Of a stretch of DNA of 64,000 nucleotides, positions 59,095 to 64,000 are shown one piece after another. Origin of the DNA: Euryarchaeota archaeon UBA19 (lineage in GTDB: Archaea > Thermoplasmatota > Poseidoniia > Poseidoniales > Thalassarchaeaceae); contig DAPQ01000060.1 of NCBI GenBank assembly GCA_002502175.1, positions 7,784-71,783 of the forward strand, given 5' to 3'. A program made the translations under genes and the position numbers. Within the stretch, counting starts at the first letter, position 1. Every line of letters starts with the position of its first letter. The notes under the pieces were generated by a model that was given only the letters and a program-made list of their open reading frames with translations, was not told where the DNA came from and searched no databases.

Positions 59095-60465
59095 ATGGGC
59101 ACTAGTGAAATATCCAGAGAGGTCGAATACTCCTCTTCAGATCATTCCAAGGTTCATGATTTCAAGATAAACGATAAGAATTCTATCAAGTTGATTGTGC
59201 CGCCTACTGTTTACCCACCCAGAAGAGACACTAAACTGTTGCTTAAGGGGCTGGAACGCATTAATTTGCAACCAGGAAATTTGGTCGAGATTGGATGTGG
59301 TTCAGGGGCAATTTCAATTGCCAAGGCTCTGGAAGGCTGGAATGTAACCGCCTTTGATGTAAATCCACTGGCCGTAGTTGCAACAAAAGGAAACTCGGAA
59401 GTTGCAAAAGTGAACGATAGAGTCACAGTAGAAGAGGGAGGCGTTGGGGAAGAACATTGGAAGTTACCCGATAATGCGGACTTAGTCGTATGGAATTTAC
59501 CATACCTAACCCCGGATTTAGAAAATATACTTGGGCCAATGGAAGAAGCGGCTTTAACCGATGAGAGAATTACAGGTTGGTCTGAACAATTACTCGAGCT
59601 AGCAAATGAAGAAAGTCAAAATGGAACGATATTTGTGCTTCTAATAAACTCTGATTCGAATCCAAAAAATTCACCATTAACATGGATAAGGAAAGGCTGG
59701 TCAAAAAGGTCTTTGGCAGTCGAAAGAGTTGGAGACGATACCCTAGAAGTTATAGCATTCTGGAGACCTGGGTTTGGTTCAGAACCCATCTACCTAGAAA
59801 TGACAAATTCGACCATGGATGAGGCACGAAATTTACCTAATTTTGGGTGGCAGAGAATTCGTTCTGGAGAACAGATTAGCGGGAGAGGAAGGAAAGGGGC
59901 AATTTGGCATTCAAATCAAGGTGACATGATAGCCTCTTGGAGCGTTAAATTAGAGGAATTAAATCAATTGAATCCGGGGCTATTACAAGTATCAATAGGA
60001 GCATCAATTTGTGAAGCATTAGGAGTCCAAATGAAATGGCCAAATGACTTGATTTGGCAGGGTAGAAAATGCGGCGGAATTTTACTTGAATCTAGCACAT
60101 ATGATGGAACAATTAGGATCGGTGTTGGATTAAACAAGAATGGGGGAGAAATAGAAGGTTTTTCCTATTCTGGATGGACTGAATATTTCGGGGAGATTGA
60201 CTCTAACGAGATGTTTCAAATTATTGATGCCGCAATAGGATCAATTTTGGATTCTACACCGCCAATAGATTCTATTGAAAATACATTATGGCAACAGAAA
60301 TCTTGGGCCCAATTATGTGACATTCTATCCACAGGCGTGGTAGCCAAATTTGAGGGAAGGGAAGTAAATATTGTTGGCCTTTCTAATGCTGGCAGTTTGA
60401 GAGCATATTCAGATAGTTCGGAATACGAAATATCTGATATTGATGACTTTTCCATTACTTTCTAG
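59095..60465 (+). CDS. fusion protein: N-terminal HemK/PrmC-like class I methyltransferase + C-terminal biotin--protein ligase (BirA catalytic domain)
   Basis: MTase: 'VPPTVYPPRRDTKLL', motif I 'VEIGCGSGAISIA', motif IV 'VVWNLPYL' (NPPY variant). BPL: 'GRGRKGAIWHSNQGDMIASWSV' and 'KWPNDLIWQGRKCGGILLE'. GGTGA Shine-Dalgarno-like sequence 6 nt upstream. Confidence 0.65.
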   Translation: MGTSEISREVEYSSSDHSKVHDFKINDKNSIKLIVPPTVYPPRRDTKLLLKGLERINLQPGNLVEIGCGSGAISIAKALEGWNVTAFDVNPLAVVATKGNSEVAKVNDRVTVEEGGVGEEHWKLPDNADLVVWNLPYLTPDLENILGPMEEAALTDERITGWSEQLLELANEESQNGTIFVLLINSDSNPKNSPLTWIRKGWSKRSLAVERVGDDTLEVIAFWRPGFGSEPIYLEMTNSTMDEARNLPNFGWQRIRSGEQISGRGRKGAIWHSNQGDMIASWSVKLEELNQLNPGLLQVSIGASICEALGVQMKWPNDLIWQGRKCGGILLESSTYDGTIRIGVGLNKNGGEIEGFSYSGWTEYFGEIDSNEMFQIIDAAIGSILDSTPPIDSIENTLWQQKSWAQLCDILSTGVVAKFEGREVNIVGLSNAGSLRAYSDSSEYEISDIDDFSITF

Positions 60466-60847
60466 GTGGTCTTGGAAGCCCCATACGTTCTCTAACCAAC
60501 CTAATCTTTCCGGAAGTAGTCAAAGATTCTATTTCTGGGTTTGAATGCAATTTTCGCCTAGCGGATTCTTTGTTTTCAAGATTTAACCTAATTATCGCCA
60601 ATGTATCTGATTGGGACGACAAACAATCGAGTAATCGGAAATTAATGTCCGGTAAATTTTGTTCAATAATTTTGCCTACAGAATTTCGAGATAACTCACC
60701 TTTGTTTATTCGTAAACCCATCCAACGATGTTTGCCACGGGAGGCTTTGCTCTGCCGAGCCATGCTTCGGCGAGTAGGTCGATGCTTAACGAGTTCCCGC
60801 TTGATTGAACTTAGAAAATTACGTCGGTTACAATTACGAAAGGCCAC
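60455..60847 (-). CDS. basic hypothetical protein (weak Rpp29/Sm-fold-like resemblance)
   Basis: 130-aa, highly basic N-terminus. 'SGKIRLVRERMGLPRP' resembles the Rpp29 C-terminal 'GERLVGRPEMR'; the match is weak. Overlaps the upstream FtsZ-like gene start by 14 nt. Confidence 0.25.
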   Translation of the reverse strand: MAFRNCNRRNFLSSIKRELVKHRPTRRSMARQSKASRGKHRWMGLRINKGELSRNSVGKIIEQNLPDINFRLLDCLSSQSDTLAIIRLNLENKESARRKLHSNPEIESLTTSGKIRLVRERMGLPRPPRK

Positions 60848-61751
60848 TAACTACTGCAACTAATCGTAACCTACCCACCATTTCATCGCTAGCTCTTGCT
60901 CCTAAAATCACCTGACAATCAGGGTGTAGAGAACTGACTAATGATTCGCTTAATTGATTTAGATGATGCAAAGTCATGTCCGGTCCACCTTCAACTTGGA
61001 TCAAACAACCCTTTGCTCCTGACACATCTACTTCAGTTAGCGGAGAACGTCTAGCTAACTCTACAACCTGCAAAGGATCTACAACACTGCCTGTCCCCAC
61101 AATTAAAGTGGCTCCACCTTGGTGTTCTACTACTGTTCGAAGATCCATTAAGTCAAGATTGAGTTTTCCTACTTTGGCCAAAGTTGTAACAAGGCCTTCG
61201 ACTAAATCTTGGATCCAACCAGAGCCGGATTGCCAATCCTCATCTCTTGCCCTTGCATACCATGCAAGTCTTTCCATACTGACGCGTATACAGACATGGG
61301 ATTGCCCCTCTAGAGCAGGTAAAGCCGTGTTTGCGATAGAGCTTCGAAGAGGTTGCTCAGCAAATGGCAGACCAGCTATAGACATCACAATACAATTCCT
61401 TGCGCGTGCGATTCTTGCAAGTTCACTTGCGGCCCCAGAACCTGTACCCCCGCCTAAACCAGTCATTATGAACAATAATTCTGCTTTGTCCAATAATGAT
61501 TCGATAGCTCCGAGGCCCTCACTCAATCGATGTGCTGCAAGGTTAGGGAGAGCTGCCGCTCCACTTCCATCACCTATTGCGTCTAGGTGTAGGCAATGCG
61601 CTTGACCTGAGCCCCTAAACGAGGCTTCATCAGCATCTATCAATAGAAGATCGGATAGGTCAGCACACTGTTGGTGGGCTGCTACAGCCCAGGCACAACC
61701 AAGGCCACCGACTCCAGCGATGAGTATCGCGCCCTCGTGCATATATGCCAT
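60834..61751 (-). CDS. short FtsZ/tubulin-superfamily GTPase (no C-terminal linker/tail)
   Basis: T1 'ILIAGVGGLGCAWAV', T4 signature 'GGGTGSGAA', T7 'NLDLMDLRTV'. 305 aa. Confidence 0.6.
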   Translation of the reverse strand: MAYMHEGAILIAGVGGLGCAWAVAAHQQCADLSDLLLIDADEASFRGSGQAHCLHLDAIGDGSGAAALPNLAAHRLSEGLGAIESLLDKAELLFIMTGLGGGTGSGAASELARIARARNCIVMSIAGLPFAEQPLRSSIANTALPALEGQSHVCIRVSMERLAWYARARDEDWQSGSGWIQDLVEGLVTTLAKVGKLNLDLMDLRTVVEHQGGATLIVGTGSVVDPLQVVELARRSPLTEVDVSGAKGCLIQVEGGPDMTLHHLNQLSESLVSSLHPDCQVILGARASDEMVGRLRLVAVVSGLS

Positions 61752-61781
61752 TGGAGAACAGACGCGCCTTCAAACTGCGGG

Positions 61782-62087
61782 TCAATCGTAGGTAAGATAA
61801 CGACGATATCGTCTTCTTTCATCCCTTGCCCAAGCATTGTCTGGTTCTATCTCAAGAACCATGTCGTAGTATTCAACAGCCTTTTCAAACTCTGAAAGAT
61901 ACCTTCCATTCATGTGGGCTAGATTATTTAGGACTGGTACGCAGTTTGGTTCTTCTTCTAACATTCGAAGAAGAATCTTTTCTGCCTCCGAAATATCCAA
62001 CCTTTCCATCTTCTCTTCAGCCTCGTCTAGAGATGAAATTTGCTCATCGCTGAGGCGGTAAATATTCTTCCAAACAGGCCCCGCCAT
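61782..62087 (-). CDS. small TPR-repeat protein
   Basis: 'VPVLNNLAHMNGRYLSEFEKAVEYYDMVLEIEPDNAWA' is a TPR-like helix pair. Immediately upstream of the FtsZ-like gene on the same strand. Confidence 0.45.
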   Translation of the reverse strand: MAGPVWKNIYRLSDEQISSLDEAEEKMERLDISEAEKILLRMLEEEPNCVPVLNNLAHMNGRYLSEFEKAVEYYDMVLEIEPDNAWARDERRRYRRYLTYD

Positions 62088-62235
62088 AAACCGGACGAGA
62101 CGGTGATTTGGTTTGAGTTTTCTCCGTCAGAGATTGCTGCGAAATATTTCCCAAAAAATAAACGACCCCGAAGGGGTCAAACTGAAACCTTGATAGCCCT
62201 CAATCTGCTGGAATGAGATAGGTGTCAGAGGTCCA

Positions 62236-63054
62236 ATGATGAGAGTGCATCTACCGACCTTTCATCGGCTTGTAGTTCTAGGCTGTTTCGCCATATTATT
62301 GGCTGGTTCAACACAAGGATATTCAAATGGAATCGGTGGAGATGAAAATGGTGACGGGGATGTGGCTCTTGCAGGTTGTACTTGCCACAATGAATTACCT
62401 GACAACTCAGTGACTGTAATCTTAGATGGACTCCCATATCACTATTCAGCAGAGACAACTTACACACTTACCATTCAATTAATCGGAGGCCCTGATATTG
62501 ATTCTACTTCCAACACTGGTGGGTTCGCCATGAGAGTGAGCGGAGGTTTGCTAGCCGCAGCTGAAGGGTTTGAAACTCAAGTCCAAAATTGGGAAGAAGA
62601 TGGAGCAAGCTTAACCCATACTGGTTCCGGTGCTGCAACCTCAGATAGAACTTGGATGATAACTTGGACCGCCCCCCAAACAGGTGCTGGCCCTGTCACC
62701 ATTTGGTTGGTAGGAAACTCTGTCAATGGCGACGGAATCCCAAGTGAACTCGATAGATGGAATCGGCTTTCAGTGTCTCTAGAGGAAGGAGAAGATGCAG
62801 GAGATACAAGAACCGTTTTCAGTGGTAATGGTGAGATAGAGCCTCCGGCACCAGTAGAAACACATGTCGATCTTCACCACATGGGCGCTAAGCTACGAGC
62901 ACACTGGCTAGGTCTGCTTGGGTTTGCAGCCGTTATTCTAGTCATACTATTCTGCGGATTCTTCCTAAGATATGGATTCTCGAGACATTACGTCGGAAGA
63001 AGTAATTTGCTAAAGTTACGAATCAAGCACCTACGCCGAGGTGATCAACTATGA
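62236..63054 (+). CDS. exported protein of the 'GCTCH...GNSVNGDGIP' family (paralog of 13792-14823), C-terminal TM anchor
   Basis: Signal 'LVVLGCFAILLAGSTQG'. 'AGCTCHNELPDN', 'WMITWTAP', 'GNSVNGDGIPSELDRWN'. C-terminal helix 'LGLLGFAAVILVILFCGFFL'. Confidence 0.4.
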   Translation: MMRVHLPTFHRLVVLGCFAILLAGSTQGYSNGIGGDENGDGDVALAGCTCHNELPDNSVTVILDGLPYHYSAETTYTLTIQLIGGPDIDSTSNTGGFAMRVSGGLLAAAEGFETQVQNWEEDGASLTHTGSGAATSDRTWMITWTAPQTGAGPVTIWLVGNSVNGDGIPSELDRWNRLSVSLEEGEDAGDTRTVFSGNGEIEPPAPVETHVDLHHMGAKLRAHWLGLLGFAAVILVILFCGFFLRYGFSRHYVGRSNLLKLRIKHLRRGDQL

Positions 63055-63500
63055 GAGACGATGTTGTGATGAAACTTCTGCGTGAAGTTAAGGCAGGCAA
63101 AGTCAGTGTAGAGGACGCCCGCGATGCACTGTCTGAAGTTGAGTTAAGTGAGGATGCTTACCAGAACGCTGTAGACCAAGGGGTATTCAATGACCCAGAA
63201 CCAGGGACGATTATTCGTGCCAGTATTTCACCTTCTAGTGATTCTTGGCTTGTCATCATATTTGCTATGTGGGGAATTCTATGGACTCTATATTGGGCCG
63301 GAACGCTTTCCTATGGTCTCTACAATCATTGGGATCAGCAGCGACTATCCTTCCATCTTGCGATGACTCTACTCACAGTGATTTTGATGGGTATAGTTTA
63401 CTTGAGATTTGTAATGCCTGATGTAATTATTGTCAAGCATAGAAGAAACAAATACATTACTTCAAACGACTCGGATGGGTGGAAGCAATATGAGGTGTGA
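63051..63500 (+). CDS. membrane protein (2 TM), hypothetical; 4-nt overlap with upstream gene
   Basis: Helices 'WLVIIFAMWGILWTLYWAG' and 'LAMTLLTVILMGIVYL'. Confidence 0.35.
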   Translation: MRDDVVMKLLREVKAGKVSVEDARDALSEVELSEDAYQNAVDQGVFNDPEPGTIIRASISPSSDSWLVIIFAMWGILWTLYWAGTLSYGLYNHWDQQRLSFHLAMTLLTVILMGIVYLRFVMPDVIIVKHRRNKYITSNDSDGWKQYEV

Positions 63501-64000
63501 ATGATGGCGCGAAGATTTCGACTAAGGCCCCTTCCCAGTGACGATGAAAACTGGTGGGAAGATTCGAATCCTGCTATTGACCGAAGGGAGTTTATGCGCC
63601 ACTCATTCAATACAGCGGCCGGAGTCATCACCATGGCTAGCCTTGGTAGTATCGGGTTTGCTTCACTGCTAATGGGTACTGCCGATTCTTCCGGAGGAGA
63701 TTCCGCTGTCAGATTCTGGGTTCCTACCGGTGCAGAAGATTCTGCTTGGTATGGAGATAGGCATCTTGAACCTATGAACTACTCTGCTTTTGTTGATGCG
63801 GCTGCAAACAGTGGCACAGGTATGTCCGGAGCGCAAGGTGTATGGTCAGGGATGCCAGTGAACGTGGTTTACGTCCCGCACGAAGAAAATGTCTCCAAGG
63901 CCGCTACTACAAACGTTCCAAGGTTCCAATTCATGGATGGCTACAATGAGAGTGGGAAATATATTGGAAGTGGATATGAACTAGAAGAGAATCCAGATTA
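63501..64000 (+). CDS. Tat-signal-bearing exported protein (partial, runs off window end)
   Basis: Twin-arginine motif 'DRREFMRHSF' followed by the hydrophobic h-region 'TAAGVITMASLGSIGFASLLMG'. Confidence 0.4.
   Translation, partial: MMARRFRLRPLPSDDENWWEDSNPAIDRREFMRHSFNTAAGVITMASLGSIGFASLLMGTADSSGGDSAVRFWVPTGAEDSAWYGDRHLEPMNYSAFVDAAANSGTGMSGAQGVWSGMPVNVVYVPHEENVSKAATTNVPRFQFMDGYNESGKYIGSGYELEENPD

Noticed and set aside
60570-60863. 97-aa plus-strand ORF antisense to the 60455-60847 gene
   Set aside because: It is entirely embedded antisense in a co-directional minus-strand gene chain (TPR - FtsZ-like - basic protein) with overlapping start/stop coupling, and has no recognisable motifs. 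The same reasoning applies to the many short ORFs antisense to rpoB/rpoA1/pnt genes in the track.
63535-63560. tRNA-like 'GATTCGAATCC' T-loop-like string
   Set aside because: It lies inside the coding region of the Tat-signal ORF. There is no complementary acceptor stem or anticodon arm around it.
1-64000. CRISPR arrays, integrases, transposases, prophage or mobile-element boundaries near the two tRNA genes
   Set aside because: No regularly spaced direct repeats, no integrase/transposase-like ORFs, and no direct repeats of the tRNA 3' ends were seen. Both tRNA loci are flanked by housekeeping genes.

Overview
The window reads as an archaeal chromosomal segment: an RNA-polymerase operon with an unsplit RpoB plus RpoA'/RpoA''/RpoH and L30e, proteasome beta, aCPSF1/FttA, EndA, family-B DNA polymerase, S3Ae, archaeal TrpRS and ZPR1. 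It is AT-rich and carries many secreted peptidases and surface proteins with C-terminal membrane anchors. The unsplit RpoB and this gene content fit Thermoplasmatota, possibly a Marine-Group-II/Poseidoniales-like lineage; this placement is an inference. No rRNA genes, CRISPR arrays, integrases or transposases were seen. Two tRNAs are present: tRNA-Pro(UGG) and tRNA-Lys(UUU).

Most genes are housekeeping (pntAA-AB-B, mdh, thyA-folA, hemH, pdxS, trpS, MTAP, plsC, psmB, ferredoxin). Several stretches stand out:

1. RpoH and RpoA'' both carry the same ~60-aa (HhH)2-like N-terminal module followed by an Arg-rich linker. RpoA' also has a ~145-aa Cys4 zinc-ribbon insertion.

2. A ~9-kb block (40473-49455) lies between pdxS and rpl30e, where NusA would be expected. 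Its contents:
- a divergent gene pair around a perfect 19-bp palindrome;
- a DtxR-family metalloregulator;
- a surface protein with a cytoplasmic double zinc-ribbon;
- a large membrane protein;
- four paralogous ~300-aa charged coiled-coil proteins.
This is the best candidate for an undescribed system.

3. A family-B DNA polymerase degenerate in Exo I, motif B, motif C and KKRY lies convergent with a RadB/RecA-like protein lacking Walker A and B.

4. Two new fusions appear: a HemK-like methyltransferase fused to a BirA biotin-protein ligase, and S3Ae fused to an acidic tract and a SAP domain.

5. A paralogous pair of exported 'GCTCH ... GNSVNGDGIP' proteins is each linked to Tat-pathway components, one of them a TatC with a Cys-rich C-terminal extension.

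6. A short FtsZ/tubulin-like GTPase sits next to a TPR gene, and a SepF-like gene lies elsewhere in the window.

All functional calls are from motif-level reading of the translations; no database search was possible.
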